Notes under the pieces: model-generated
Seen by the model: only the letters and a program-made list of their open reading frames with translations
Told to the model about the DNA's origin: nothing
The model's database searches: none
Assembly: GCA_963575745.1 (NCBI GenBank)
Contig: CAUYUJ010000159.1
Location: 62,001-126,000 of the forward strand
Length of the DNA: 64,000 nucleotides
From: Prorocentrum cordatum
Lineage: Eukaryota
Direction: 5' to 3'
Part shown: one piece after another, positions 12,261-26,530 of the stretch
Position numbering within the stretch: position 1 is the first letter of the stretch
Layout of the letters: every line of letters starts with the position of its first letter
Position numbers and translations under genes: made by a program

Positions 12261-12741
12261 CACGAGCGTCCTGGCGTTAGACCTCTGCTGCCTCTGTCGC
12301 CGGTGCTGCGCAGGCTCTGGCGCGCCGCGACGCCCCGTCGTGGCTGAACGCAGAGGGGGGGGGGGGCAAACATGTCATGTTAAAAATGATGAGCGCGGCG
12401 GAAAGCACGCCTGAGGTTCGGGGTGCACTCGGACTAGGCGCACCAGCCCTGGGACGCATAACGGTAAGCTCATTGTATGCGCTGCGCTCGCATGTTCTTA
12501 TGAGCGCATTTAGTGCGCTTACGACTTTACACGACAGCGCAATACATGCGGTGACCGTTCGGGACAACATGATTGATATGCATACGCGCTGCGCGACCAT
12601 GGCTGTTGAAAGCGGCGTGGCCACCGCCCAATCGACGTAATATTCTCGAACAGCGACAAGCGTCGCGCGAACCTTAGCGTTGCGAGGGCCTAAAGGACCT
12701 CGCTTCGCGAAAAGGCACCTCGAACCCTAAGCGGAGAGGCG

Positions 12742-12763
12742 TTCGAGCCAAAATGGCAACAGA
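12742..12763 (-). other. Degenerate DinoSL relic marking the 5' end of the LINE-Dnmt
   Basis: Minus strand reads TCTGTTGCCATTTTGGCTCGAA versus the SL: 18/22 with a perfect GCCATTTTGGCTC core. Immediately outside it the sequence becomes purine-rich and (GCAG)n microsatellite. Confidence 0.75.
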
Positions 12764-12764
12764 G

Positions 12765-12985
12765 GGCGGGGCAGCGAGGGGGAGGAAGAGGGGAAGGAGG
12801 AAAAGGAGAATGAGGAGGAGCAGAAACATCAACAGGCAGGAGCAGGCAGGCAGGCAGGCAGGCAGGCTAGCAGGAAGGCAACAGGAGGAGGCAGGCGGGC
12901 AGGCAGGCAGACAGGCAGGCAAGCAGGAAAACAAGCAAGCAAGGAGGCGCAAGGAGGCAAGCAGGCAAGCATGCCAGCAATCAGG
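12765..12985. repeat. Purine-rich and (GCAG)n tetranucleotide repeat
   Basis: Directly visible. Confidence 0.9.
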
Positions 12986-13214
12986 CGCGCGCGCGCCCAG
13001 ACCAACGCACGCAGGCGCATGTTAAACGCACACCCCTCGCACGATTCGTGCCCCATTGGGAACTGGGCCGCATTTAGAAAACCCACCTCCCCCCGCCTGG
13101 GCCCCCCCATCGGGGCAGTGGGTGCGTCGGTCTAGTGGCCAAGTGGTTCAAGCAGCGGGATGTGACGTTGTTTCCCCCGTGTCCTCCTCCTCCTCCCCCT
13201 CCCCGGACATCGCC

Positions 13215-14179
13215 ATGCTGGCTTTGTCCAGTTGCGGCAGCGGCGGCCCCGCCTTGCAGGCTTCCAAGCGCCTCGCGGCGCCGTGGAGATCGATGCCTCC
13301 GAACCCCGGCTTTGCGGGCACGGCCGAGGAAATGTGCGACCGCCTCAGCCCGTGCGCTCAGTCCTCGGCGTGGCTGTCGTACCCATCGCACGGCGTGAGC
13401 AAGGAACACGTGCGGAAGAACCGCGCGCTCATATGGGATCTCATCAAGGTGCAGCCCAACTTATCGCTCAAGAAACTGACGACGAAGAGCGCCATGGAGA
13501 TGGTCCTCGAGAAATGTCGCACGTCGTGGCCGACGAAATTGGATCCCAAACGCGGCAAACAGTGGGTGAAAGTGTACACGCAGAGGCTGCGGCTGCTGTG
13601 CTCGCACGTCCAGCGAGCCCTCCGCAATGACAACCCGTGGGTCCACGAGACCTTGGCGCAACCACGCATGCCTTCCCCGAGAGCGCGTGCCTGCCCGACC
13701 ACAGCGGCATCGACGAGGAGATCGGCAGCGTTTGGAACGAGGACGAGGATGACGGGCCAGAAGACGAGGAGCTGCAGGAAACTGCAGGTAGCGTTCAGGT
13801 CGAGGACGAAAGCGCCTCACAGGTCGAGGACGGGAGCGCCTCAAAGGTCGAGAACGAGAGCACCCAGAAGGTCGAGGACGAGAGCACCCAGAAGGTCGAG
13901 GACGCGAGCACCCAGAAGGTCGAGGACGAACGCACCCAGAAGGTCGAGGACGAAAGCACCCAGAAGGTCGAGGACGAGAGCACCCAAAAGGTCGAGGACG
14001 AGAGCGCTCAGAAGGTCGAGGACCAGAGCGCCCAGAAGGTGAACGAGAGCGCCCAGAAGGTGAACGAGAGCGCCCAGAGCCCGTTCGTCTACGGCTACGA
14101 CCCTGCGAAGGAGATGGCGTGGCGCGAGCGCGCCGACCAGAGCGATCAGAAGGACTGGACCCATTACAAACGTATATGA
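13215..14179 (+). pseudogene. Unknown protein, N-terminal part (frameshift at ~13660), possibly a transposon accessory ORF
   Basis: A globular-looking segment (LIWDLIKVQPNLSLKK...RLRLLCSHV) shifts frame into an acidic segment with QKVEDEST repeats and PFVYGYDPAKEMAWRE. Confidence 0.5.
13795..14078 (+). repeat. 24-bp coding minisatellite (CAGAAGGTCGAGGACGAGAGCACC; QKVEDEST), about 12 units
   Basis: Tandem units are directly visible; the last two are shortened to 21 bp. Confidence 0.9.
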
Positions 14180-14214
14180 TACTTCTCCCGCCCTTCTTCG
14201 CATGAGGTAGGGCG

Positions 14215-14548
14215 AGGGGAGGAGGAGGAGGAGGAGGAAGAGGATAAGGAGGATGAGGAAGATGATGATGATGATGATGTTGATGCTGATGATGGTGCTG
14301 ATGCTGATGATGATGCTGGTGCTGATGATGAGGAGGAGTAGGAGGACGAGGACGAGGAGGAGGAGAACGAGAACGAGGGGGAGGGGGATGAAGATTGAGG
14401 AGGGAGATGAGGAGGAGGAAGATGAAGATGAAGATGAAGCGGAGGAAGAGGAGAAGGGTGATGATGGGAGGAGGAGGAGAAGGAGGAGGAGGAACATGAG
14501 GAGGAGGAGGAGGAGGAGGAGGAGGAGGAAGAGTAGGAGGAGGAGGAG
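14215..14548. repeat. (GAG)n/(GAT)n microsatellite
   Basis: Directly visible. Confidence 0.95.
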
Positions 14549-14619
14549 CTTGGATGAGACCGAATGTATCACCCCGAAGTGATTCGTTCGGGCTCTTCCG
14601 ACGTCGTCCTCCCGCTCCC

Positions 14620-15777
14620 CAACAAGAGTCTCGCTGTTCAAGAAAGCTGGCAACAAACCAACCGACTACACGTACGTGAAGTTCGGGGATGACGAGTGGA
14701 TGTGCAGGGACGTGCTGGTCACCGAACTCCGAGCGAGGGCGAAGCTGGAGCTGGACTCCAAGCAGAGCGGCGTGCTGTACAAGAAGACGGTGGGCGGGGT
14801 GAATCACACGAGCATGAAGACTGTGAAGCAGATCGCAGGCCCAATCTTGCTGGCCTTTCGGCCATCCACTTCGTGCAAGGCTGGCAAGGAGCATATCCTC
14901 GAGCTGAGAATGAAGGACGTGTTCGGGAGCATGGCCGACGGCATCGCCTTCCTGGCGCCGATCGTGGATCGCATCGCACATGGGGAGATCGACGACAACA
15001 AGAACGCGCGCTACGCCGCGATGAGGCAAGCGATGAAGAGCCACGGCATCGAGACCACGACGGAGAGGAAGACAGCGCCCCATAAGGAGGAGAAGCCGAC
15101 GAAGGCGAAGAACGGTAGCTCGGCCAGCGCATCGAGGGCGGGGGCTGGCGAGAATGAGCAGGGCGACGAGTGGGGCGACGACTGCTGGGGAGACCAGACG
15201 AGCTGGGGCGACCAGCCCGACACGCTAGGCGACGAGGCCTGGAACCAAGAGAGCTGGGAGAGCTGGGAGAACTGGGGCGACCAAGAGAGCTGGGACGAGC
15301 AGCCCGACAAGCCCGACAAAAAGACTACGAAACGCGAGAACGAACATGATACGCCGAAGCTCAAGAAGCTGAAGAACACAGCCGATTTGACCTCCGTTGA
15401 GAAGGAGCCTGAGCAGAAGCCCGCGGAGCCGAAGCCCGAGACGGCCGAGGAGCAGACGCCCGAGCCAGCAGCGGAGCAAAAGGCCGAGGAGCTTAAGCCC
15501 GAGAAGAAGCGCAAGTCCAAAGAACCGAAGCCCGAGAAGGCCGAGGAACCAGAGCCCGTCGTGGAGCAGAAGGCTGAGGAGCGGACGCCCAAGAAGAAGA
15601 CGAAACGCAAGTCCACGGAGCCGAAGCCCGAGCAGGCCGAGGAGCAGACGCCCGTCGAGGAGCAGAAGGCCGAGGAGCACACGCCCAAGGTGCACAAATC
15701 CACGGGGCCGAATCCCGAGCAGGCCGAGGAGCCGAAGGCCGAGGAGTCGAAGCCCGAGCAAGCCACAAACGAGGCGG

Positions 15778-15780
<3 letters not shown>
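14620..15780 (+). pseudogene. Unknown protein, probable continuation of the 13215 ORF; globular part followed by WGDQ and KPEQAEE repeats
   Basis: The first ~370 aa of ORF 14676-16865 look coding-like; the rest is microsatellite read-through. Confidence 0.5.
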
Positions 15781-17470
<1,690 letters not shown>

Positions 17471-18244
17471 CTTCCCTCCAGACTGCGGGCCCCACGATCG
17501 GTGACCTCAGCTTCGACGATATCAGCGTGCTGGACACGCTATAGCGTGTGGACACGCTGGGCTACAACAACACGCACCACTCGCGCGTGTCGGGGCCCCG
17601 TGCTAACAGCACAGCGTTCGGGGTCCAGCGGTCTCAGCGCTGGAACATCGCGGGTTGAACAAAAAAACATCATGCTCACGACCGTGAGCGTGCCCCAGGA
17701 AAGAACACAGCGCCCCCCTCCAAATATTGCGCCCCAGAGAAGACTGCGGCGAACCCACAAAAAAAGGTCAGGAGACAGTCATATAGCTGAAGGGTGCCCC
17801 TGAGGTTATATCCCCGAAGGTCCCCCCAAAGAAACCTGGCACGCCCCAAAAGGTACACCACGAACACCGCCCAAAGAACACTTAAGGGTACCCCCGCGCT
17901 CCGAACCTCAGGCCCATGCGCCCTTAAACGATTCGTCAGACAACTCAAACCTCCCGAATAAAATTGTCGGTGCGAATCGTCGAAACGTAGCGTCCTCACA
18001 ACGTCAGGTCATCAGGACAAGTCTGTTGCATTGCGTTTTTCGGATGTCGCATTGCTTTGAATTGTAGGGAACGTCGTAACAACAATGCGCATTGCTCGCG
18101 ATGCAGTATGGGCTTTGCACTGAATTGCAGTACATTGTATTGCGTGAGTGTGTGTGTGTGCGTGTATAGCAATTTGGGATCGCCCTCAGGGCGCTTGCCA
18201 GCGCGGTCTCGCGCATCTCTGGGCACCAGCAAGCATGCCGCCCA

Positions 18245-19699
18245 TGAAGAGCACTCGCAAAACTTCGCGTGGAGCGAAGCGCGGGAAGCGCTGCCGCAAG
18301 TCCTCGCAGACAGCCTCGGAACCCGCGCCAGCGCTGCCAGCAGGGGCATCCGAGGAGTACTCCGCCGAGGAGCTTGCAGACACAGGCGCGGAGGCTGCAG
18401 GCGCAGGCGTGATCGTAGGCGGGGGGGTTGCTGCAGGCGTGGCGCCTGCTTCTGACGCTGCCCAGGGCAAGGGATCCGAGAAGTGCGTGGTGGACCTCAC
18501 GCAAATCTCCGACCTGCTCAAGCCTTTCCAGAACGCCTGGGACCAGAATACCGCCAAGGTCGAAATCATCTCGATACTCTCCGACCAGATCGTGAAGACC
18601 TTCAGCGATGGCGAGACGATCCCTGACGAGCAGGGGGATCCCACCGCGCCTCCTTCGAACGAATGCGGGCCGCTCTTGAAGTCAGCCGTCACCTCGGGGC
18701 CCCCCGGTACCGACAAGTCGACCAAGCTCGGCAAGTTCTGGAACGACGCCAAGCAGAAGGACCAAAGGCTCGCTGCGTCCTATGCGGCCGTCGGCAAACA
18801 ATACGCAGCCCAGAAGAAATTCCGCTTGCAGTGGGCAGAAGACACAGCGAACGCAATGAAACAGGAGAAGATCGCCAAACACACTCAGGCATTGCGCGGG
18901 CGGGTCAGAGGCGTTCCTCGTACTTTCGGCCAGATCTGGAACGACGAGGGGAAGGACTCCGTGGGGTTCCAGGTTGCGATGAACGTCCTGGAGAGCTGAT
19001 TCGCTCTCCACAACAAAGGGAGTTGTTCCCTTTACGGCAGGCCGTGGCCGCGCCTGAACGAGGAGATCGTGGAGGTGAAGGATCCGTAAGCAGGGATTCG
19101 GCTACAAGGAAGTCCCGAAGGATCGTGAGGCCGCGCGGCCCGCTGCGGCTCCGCTGCCCCCCGCAAGCCCCGCTGCAGCTGACCCTAGTGGTGCGCCTCC
19201 GCCTCCACGGGAAGCGATTGACGTACGAGAAGGTGAAGCCGACCTCGACGACGCAGCTGCGGCTTCACCAGCTATGAAGAAGAAGGACACGAAGCCACTC
19301 ACGCCCGAGCAGAAGGCGGCCCTGAAGACGTTGATGGCCGACGTGTCGAAGCCGGCGGCGGCAAAGAAGACCACTGCGTTGGCGCGCCAGGAGTGCTTCG
19401 ATCTTCGGACGGTCATTGGGACGAAAGCCGAGTGGGAATACATGAACAACGAGTCGCTCCTCAAGCCAATGCGAACGGTGAGCGGCGCCATCGACAAGTT
19501 CAGGGAGGGCTCAACGTTCTGGAGCGAGGTGATGGTCCAGGACAACTTCCTGGGCTTCGCCAGATCTAACTTCAAGCCGAGCCAGAGCATGAACGAGCTG
19601 ACTAAAAACAACTAACTCGAGAACCCGCGCGCCAAACTGCAGACGGAGACGGCAAACCTCAAGAGGATGCACGCCGCCAAGAAGCCTCCGCAACCCTGA
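18245..19699 (+). pseudogene. Unknown helical protein, frameshifted (ORFs 18148-18999, 19274-19615 and tail to ~19699)
   Basis: Coding-like composition continues across frameshifts (KFWNDAKQKDQRLAASY...KKFRLQWA; KTLMADVSKP...). No recognisable domain. Confidence 0.5.
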
Positions 19700-19982
19700 G
19701 CTGCGCAGGAAGGTGAAACCGTGGCCACGCTCTGATCATTCTCTGGGCAGCCAGTGCGATGCATGTCTATGGAGCATCTTCGAGTGGTGAAGTATGGTAG
19801 GCATGAATTGGGGCGTGCTGGCAAGGTTTCGACAATAGGTGGTCAGCGCTGCGCTGGCCAAGCTCGAGGTGACACCGCTACGACCTTCTCATGTATCTCT
19901 AGAGGCGCCTTGAGCCTGATATTATTGGAGCAACGCAACCCTCTCGGATTACACATGTGTTAGAAGTCGTTAAAACACAGCG

Positions 19983-20083
19983 TTAACGAGTTTAAAAATA
20001 TCGGTGTGGTTGAAGAGTGGTCCACAGGACAGCAACGATTTAACGCTAGTTAAAACTCGAGCAGTCAGTTTTAAACTCGTTAA
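19983..20083. repeat. Perfect 15-bp inverted repeat (TTAACGAGTTTAAAA ... TTTTAAACTCGTTAA) in an AT-richer island with many GTTAA motifs
   Basis: Arms at 19983-19997 and 20069-20083. Confidence 0.8.
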
Positions 20084-20369
20084 AACTCTGGCTGGGCGTT
20101 GAGCTCAGTGGCAAGGCGACATCACAACGAGGTTGAGAGTGAGGATGGCGATGTTAACGGTGGTGGGAGCAAGTGAACAGAAATATCGTTCTAGATCAAT
20201 ACGCATCCCTTGCTCACCTCTGGGGCGGCGTGTCACCGTGTCGCCACCGGATTAGACGTGTCGCCCGAGAGCTAGCTGCAAATTGCACGTCTCCTTACTG
20301 GGGATCTCGCGATTTAATTCCGCAATGCGATACTGTTGTGGTAATGCGAGTTCCTGATGTTCGCTTTCC

Positions 20370-20585
20370 GTGCGATCTCGCAACCTCGACTCCACTGACC
20401 CAGCCGTCGTTTCCAAAGGCGGTCTAGGGCCATAATTTCGAAGCGGAACCAGCCGTGGCGTCGCGGTGGCGTCCTGCATGCCCAGCGGGGGCCAGAGGGG
20501 CATTCAAGTGCCCTTGGGGATCTCGGTCACTCGAGGCCCGCCGAGCACCTTGCCCCCCACCCCCCCTCCCCCCCTCGACAACCGC
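20370..20585 (+). repeat. Dispersed ~200-bp repeat, copy 1
   Basis: Shares GGCGTCGCGG..GGCGTCCTGC...GGGGCATTCAAGTGCCC...GATCTCGGTCA.TCGAGGCCCGCCGAGCA with 23930-24145. Confidence 0.85.
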
Positions 20586-20589
20586 CCAA

Positions 20590-21608
20590 AAGCTGCTTCT
20601 GTGAGTGCAAGGCCTCCCGCACCCACCCCACCCCCCCCCCACCCCCCCCACCCTCCCCACCCCCCCCTTCAGGGGGAGGGGGAAGGGGGGGGGGCGCCCT
20701 CCGCCCCTCCCCGCCCCCGCCCCTCCCTCCCCCCCCCCCCACGCACCCCGCCCCGCCTCCCTCGAGGGGAGTGAGGGGGCCCTTCCGAGCACCCTGCCTC
20801 CCCCCCCCCCCCCCCAACCCCTCCCCACCCCCCCACCCCACCCCAGCCCACCCGCACCCTACGCAACCAGAGATCTCCCACACCACGCACACGCACCGCA
20901 ACGCACACGCACACGCAACACGCCACACACGCCACCCACACGCACACGCACAACCACACCGCACGCCAAACACACGCAAGCTTACGCAACCAGGCAGGCC
21001 CGACGCACACGCAACACACGCACAACGCACACCCCCCACACCCACGCCACCCACACCCTCACACCCCAACCACCCCACCCCACACCCACACCACACACAC
21101 ACACACACCACGCACACGCACACGCACACGCACCGCCCACGCACACTCACTACGCAACCGACGCACCGTACCACAAACAAAAAAACGCAACACACGCACA
21201 CAACGCACACACTCACACACGCAACACGCGCACGACGCGCACACGCGCAACACACGCCACAGCCCACGCGCACGCGCACGCGCACGCACACGCACACGCA
21301 CACCACTACGCCACGCACACACACACGCACAACCCACACACACACACACACACCCACACACACACACCACACACACCGCACCACCACGCGCGCGCGCACC
21401 CCACCCACCCCACCCCCGACCAACACAGTGAAGAGAAGAACAAAAAAAAAAAACTTCTCGAAGCTATGCCTCCTATCCCCCATGCCGCCTACCCTTCCCC
21501 CCCCCCCGAGGGGTCGGCGAGCGCACACCCCCCCCCCCCCCGCGCCCTTCGATGGGGGGGGCCTTTTCGCGCACCCTACCCCCCCCCCCCGCCTCCCCCA
21601 TCGACGAC

Positions 21609-21633
<25 letters not shown>
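20590..21633. repeat. C-run, (CA)n/(CACG)n and (TA)n low-complexity block
   Basis: Directly visible. Confidence 0.9.
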
Positions 21634-21639
<6 letters not shown>

Positions 21640-21711
21640 ATATGCGTTGCGGCACCAGATGGTTTCTTCACGCCAGCTCCCTGGCGAAAACCCATTCTCA
21701 GTTTCAGGATT

Positions 21712-22468
21712 GTTTCCCCAACCCTCCTGCGTTGGGTACTCGTTTTGAATAAAGCACTGCGGTCTCCACCTTCCTTCCTTCCTTCCCGCCCCCTCTCTTC
21801 CCTCTTCCTCTCCTCTCTTGCTTGCCTTCTCCTCCTCTCTTCGCTCCTCCTCTTCTCTTCTCTTGCCTTTCACGTCATCCCTGGCGGGCTGCGATCTGCG
21901 GAACTGTCACCACTTTCGAGGGCTGCTGGTGGGTCCAGCGGAGTGAGGCACCACGGGGACTCAGATTAGACCTCGCCATCCCTGGGGGGGGGGCTGCGAT
22001 CTGTGAAACTGTCGCCACTTTCGAGGGCTGCTGGTGGGTCCAGCGGAGTGAGGCACCACGGGGACTCAGATTAGACCTCGCCATCTCTGGGGGGGGCTGC
22101 GATCTGTGAAACTGTCACCACTTTCGAGGGCTGCTGGTGGGTCCAGCGGAGTGAGGCACCACGGGGACTCAGATTAGACCTCGCCATCTCTGGGGGGCTG
22201 CGATCTGTGAAACTGTCGCCACTTTCGAGGGTTGCTGGTGGGTCCAGCGGAGTGAGGCACCACGGGGACTCAGATTAGACCTCGCCATCCCTGTGTGAAA
22301 CTGTCGCCACTTTCGAGGCTGCTGGTGGGTCCAGCGGAGTGAGGCACCACGGGGACTCAGATTAGACCTCGCCACCCCTGGGCGGCTGCGATCTGTGAAA
22401 CTGTCGCCACTTTCGAGGGCTGCTGGTGGGTGGCCAGCGGAGTGAGGCACCACGGGGACTCAGATTCT
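21712..22468 (-). repeat. ~102-105-bp satellite array (about 6 units) with purine linker and conserved 3' hairpin module, copy A
   Basis: Units start at ~21888, 21993, 22096, 22197, 22295 (short) and 22385. Hairpin CCCAAC-8nt-GTTGGG at 21717-21736 is followed by TACTCGTTTTGAATA. Confidence 0.9.
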
Positions 22469-23929
22469 GACCACGAGCAATGCTCGCGTGCCCTTGCTCT
22501 GCGGTTCGTGACACGTGGCGCTGCGACTCGAGCTGGCGGTCGTCCTTCGGACCCGCAGAAACATCTGCTGAGCTCGATGAGCTAGGGGAACTACAGGAAA
22601 GAAGTGCAGGAAACGGAGGCCGGTCATGCACTCGCCGATACCTCGTTGCTCTGTCATCGTCTTTGCTGTTGCATGATCCTTATCTGGCCTGCCGGCGCCG
22701 CGGCTCGAGCTGGCGGTCGCCCTTCGGGCCCGCGGGAACATCTTCTGAGACAAGTGGACGCCGCCGCCTTACTTGCAGGCAGCGCATTGCATTCGCGGAC
22801 AGCAGCATGGCAGACCGCAGTGAGATCCTCAGTCGCGTGGTGTTGCCAAGCCTGGTGGAGACGCGCGTGATCGACCTGAAGTCCCAATCGCGCGTGCACT
22901 GTACCTGCGTGGCGTTCAGGCACGCGCGTGATGCTGCTCGCTCCGCGTTCAACCAGTACGTCGCCAGTGCAACTTTGGACGATGGACAACCGATTGATGA
23001 TGCGCGACCCCGGCCTTGAGTTTCTTTCCCGCGGGCCGCCCGCAGACCTGGCGGCGCGCCTGCGAGCGTTCAGCTCCCGCGCTGAAATGTGCGGGAAGGA
23101 GGCGGAGAAGCTAGCGGGCGAGCTACGCCTCGCTCGTTCCTTGCACTCTAAACAAGTTTTATCATGTGGAACTCTGCGACGACATGGCGCAGGCAGCGCT
23201 GCGGGTTTAGCTCGCACTTGAAAAACGCGGCAGTCTTCTGTCTCCTCCCGCCACTTTCATCGTCGTCCTATTCCCCGCCTCACCTTCTCCATGCATGCTG
23301 CTGCTTCCGCGATGGCCTTTCGCCCCCCCCCCCCGCCCTCCATTCCATCCCTCTCCTACCCCTCGTTCCCGTGCCCGTTCTTCTTCGATCCTGGGGCCTC
23401 AAGCCTCGTTCTTTCGATCGTCGTCCTGCGAATCGTGCAACGCATGCGCATCCCATGTAGCTTGCACAGCAAATCGCCGCGTCTACACTGTCGTTGTTCC
23501 TGCTAATGTTGGCATACTCCTCTTGCCATTTGATGCGCGTGGGCTGGGTGCGTCGCAGGGTAATTTGTTTTTTTTTGGGCGGCGGCGGCGGGGGGGGGGA
23601 TGGGGGGAAGGGGGGTGGGTGGGGGGCGCCGGCGGAGGAGAAGTTGCATTTCAGCGGGCGCGAATGTTTCTGGTGAGCGTCTAGAAAAGGGGGACGGCGA
23701 GGAAGACGAGGGGGGGGGGGCGGGGCGGGGTGGGGGGGGGGGGGGCAACAGCAGCAGCGTTAGGAGGAGGACGAGGAGGAGGATGATGAAAAGGAGAAGG
23801 AGAGGGAGGAGGAGAGGACGAGAAAGAGGGGGGAGGGAGGAGGGGGAAGGAGGATGAGGAGCAGGCCTAGACAAGACAAGACAGGAGGAGGCTCTCCCGT
23901 CGGGGAAATGAGGTCCTGGTGCTCGCTTG

Positions 23930-24145
23930 CCTTGCGATCTCTGAACCTCCACTCGGGTCGTTTCCAGGGGCGCCCTAGGAACAGAACATCGAAGCGCTCC
24001 CAGCCGCGGCGTCGCGGCGGCGTCCTGCTGGCCCAATGGGGGCCAGAAGGGGCATTCAAGTGCCCCTGGAGATCTCGGTCATTCGAGGCCCGCCGAGCAT
24101 CTAGCCCCCCCCCCCCACCCTCTCCCACCCCCTCTCGACAGCCAA
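23930..24145 (+). repeat. Dispersed ~200-bp repeat, copy 2
   Basis: Direct-orientation homolog of 20370-20585. Confidence 0.85.
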
Positions 24146-24379
24146 TAACAAACGGCTTCTAGGAGCAAGGTGTCCTACCCATCCCCCCCCCCCCCTCTTC
24201 CGAAGTGGATGGGGGGGGGGGGGGGGGGGGGGGGGGGGCTCTCCCTACCCCTCGGGGGGGAGGAGGAGGAAGAGAAAACGAATGAGTATGTGTCAAGACA
24301 AGCACCCCGTCACCACAATCGCATCAGGAGCCGTAGTTTGGCCCGGGCTGCGTGGCTTGTGCAAGCCCAACGGACGCCA

Positions 24380-26530
24380 ACAAACGTGGGACCATGACCC
24401 ATGGGACAATGCAGATCCTTGGGGCGCCGCGGAGCCTGGTCCATCTGTGCAGGAGGTACCGGTCGATGATGCCACGTTTGGGGTCGTCAAATACATCGCG
24501 CTGTTGAAATAGGAGCCAAGTTCTCAGCGCGAAACAAGCGTGCTGCCTTGCTTGGTGGTGCCACAAAGCAGGCCTCAAGGGGAAGGTCGCGCAACTGGCG
24601 GAAGATCCCGCGTCTCAAGGCGCTTCACGTCATGTTGACAATGCTGTTGGCGTGGGTACAGATGTTGCTGGTGCGTACGAGGCTGGGATCCCATGCCGCG
24701 TGCGAGCTGAACGTGCACATGGAACACGTTGGGCGCATACTATGTCACCGTCAGGTGCAATTGAACGGGGGCCCCCAAACATGATAGCATGGCCAGTGCG
24801 CTGCGCAAGCAAATTGGGGGCGATGAGCTGCCAAATTGTTACGCAATGCATACTGTTGTGCAGTGTGCACGACCTGATGTGCCATGCATCCCTTGCGCGC
24901 TGTATGCAGACGATGCGCCTGTTAGTATGACCGACGGTGCCTGCGCATGCCGTCTGACCAATCGCACGACGAAGGTGGCGCATTGCCTTGCAGTGATGCG
25001 CAAGGGTGAGGCATGCCCCTGCGGTTGCAAAGGGTGGCGCTCTCAATATGGGAGGGGGCTGCAGCGCATATCCAGTTATCTCGCCCCCCCCCCCCCACAC
25101 ACGGGTCACTGCGCACGCGCACACACGCACGCGCGCACACACACGCACACACGCACACACACACACACACACACACACCACCCCCCACACACACACAATA
25201 TGCATTGCAATTGGTCCTTGGCTGGGGTTTCAAACATGCTGCCAAAGGTGCCATGCCACGGCAGAGACGCGATTGTTCGCCATGGCCGCCATCGGACAGC
25301 GATCGTCAAGCATTTGCTGGGCAGGACCTGGGCTTCCGAATTGCATTGCTCTTCGTTAAGTGTGACTAGATGGAGCTGGGCGGCACGTTCGGACTACCAG
25401 GCGTGCGCCGCGCTACTTCGGGGTGTCCAAAGTGCACCGCAACGTCAGATCATCCTGGTTCTGTTGTGGGCATCAGCCCGCTTACTTCGCCTTGAAGACG
25501 ATGGCTGATGTCGTTGCAGGTGCTCGGGAATGCCAGAAGGTCGTTGTGGCCACGGACGCACAGTTTCCTCCCCGTCGCGCGCGCTTGAAATATGACAGAA
25601 GGGAAAGCGGCTCGCACGGCAAGGCGCTGGCCTCGGACTACTCGCCGCTCGGGCTGCGCAAAAGAGACAGGCTGGAGCCCTCAAGGTCGATGCCGTGCCT
25701 CGTCCACTTTGACACATTGCAGAGACCATTCGAGGTCGTGTTCTGGCGCCCCAGCATTGAAAAAAAAGACGAGCAGACATGAGTGTCCACTGTTTTCGGT
25801 TGAGACAGGTCTCTTACCAGGCACCAGAATGTCTGACTGGTTGCACGCCCTCAACCTTGGAGAGCTTCAGTTCTGGATAAATACGTGCTGGCATTCGCTG
25901 CTGACAGCGAGCATCTTTTGTAGCCAATCTACAACGTACGTTGCCCGAGAAGAAGAATTTGTCAGACACGTCAAGGCTATCCTTTTCAAGTGGTATCGGT
26001 TGCAACGTGGGCGTGGCAGAGTCGTTGCCAGTGTTCAGGACATCGCTGGCGGAATGCTGAAAGACACCATTGGTGCCGACATTGGAATGCGCGGTGGTCA
26101 GGCAAATTACGTGTTGGAGTTTGCGGTATTCGAGTTGCTGCCACGGTTTGGCCAGGGCGTTGCGAACGCCGAGGCCCTTCTGGCGTCGAGCAGTGCACTG
26201 TGGAACATGCTCAGTTTGATTCGAGAGCACGAGCAGAAGTTGTCAGCCAAACATGCCAGCTCATTTGTTGATTATGTCAAGGCGCGCCGCAGAGCATGCG
26301 ATGCCCTCGACTTGCTCTCAAAACCCAAGAGGCACCAGATGATTCATATGGGCCATGTGGCCCTTGTGTTTGGCAGCCCTGTCCTTTGGGGGTGTTGGGC
26401 CGAGGGGGGCGTGAACAAATGGCTGGCCAGAGTTAGTAACGTTGCACGCCGCATGGCCTGGAGCCGTCGGGTGCTGGCAGAGTTCAACGCTGTCTGGGGC
26501 CCAGGCAATGCCCTCACGCGGCCGCATTGA
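24380..26530 (+). pseudogene. Decayed DDE transposase of the CMC (CACTA/EnSpm-Mirage-Chapaev)/Plavaka-like group, interrupted by (CA)n at ~25085-25200
   Basis: In order across frames: LSAKQACCLAWWCHKAG, YADDAP, RKGEACPCGCKGW, KCD.MELGGTFG...CPKC, SDWLHALNLG (~25831), KPKRHQMIH (~26320) and WGCWAEGGVN (~26387). The D-x-x-H-x-x-x-LG, PKxH-x-x-H and W-x-x-x-x-E-x-x-N series is typical of CMC-type transposases. Confidence 0.7.

Larger units (their letters stand above)
3005..12763 (-). mobile_element. Decayed near-full-length LINE carrying a C5 cytosine methyltransferase (LINE-Dnmt type): ORF1, RNase H, APE, RT, Zn finger, DNMT
   Basis: Ordered motif remnants on the minus strand (see sub-features), an SL relic at the 5' end and a short (GACC)n tail at ~3006-3023. 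Many frameshifts and stops. Confidence 0.8.

Noticed and set aside
13129..13160. tRNA-like A-box (TGGCCAAGTGG), with a similar one at ~20094-20125
   Set aside because: No B-box or T-arm and no cloverleaf.
21880..22468. Regularly spaced repeats as a CRISPR array (also 46.5 kb and 56.6 kb)
   Set aside because: The whole unit repeats with no unique spacers, there are no cas genes, and the context is eukaryotic.
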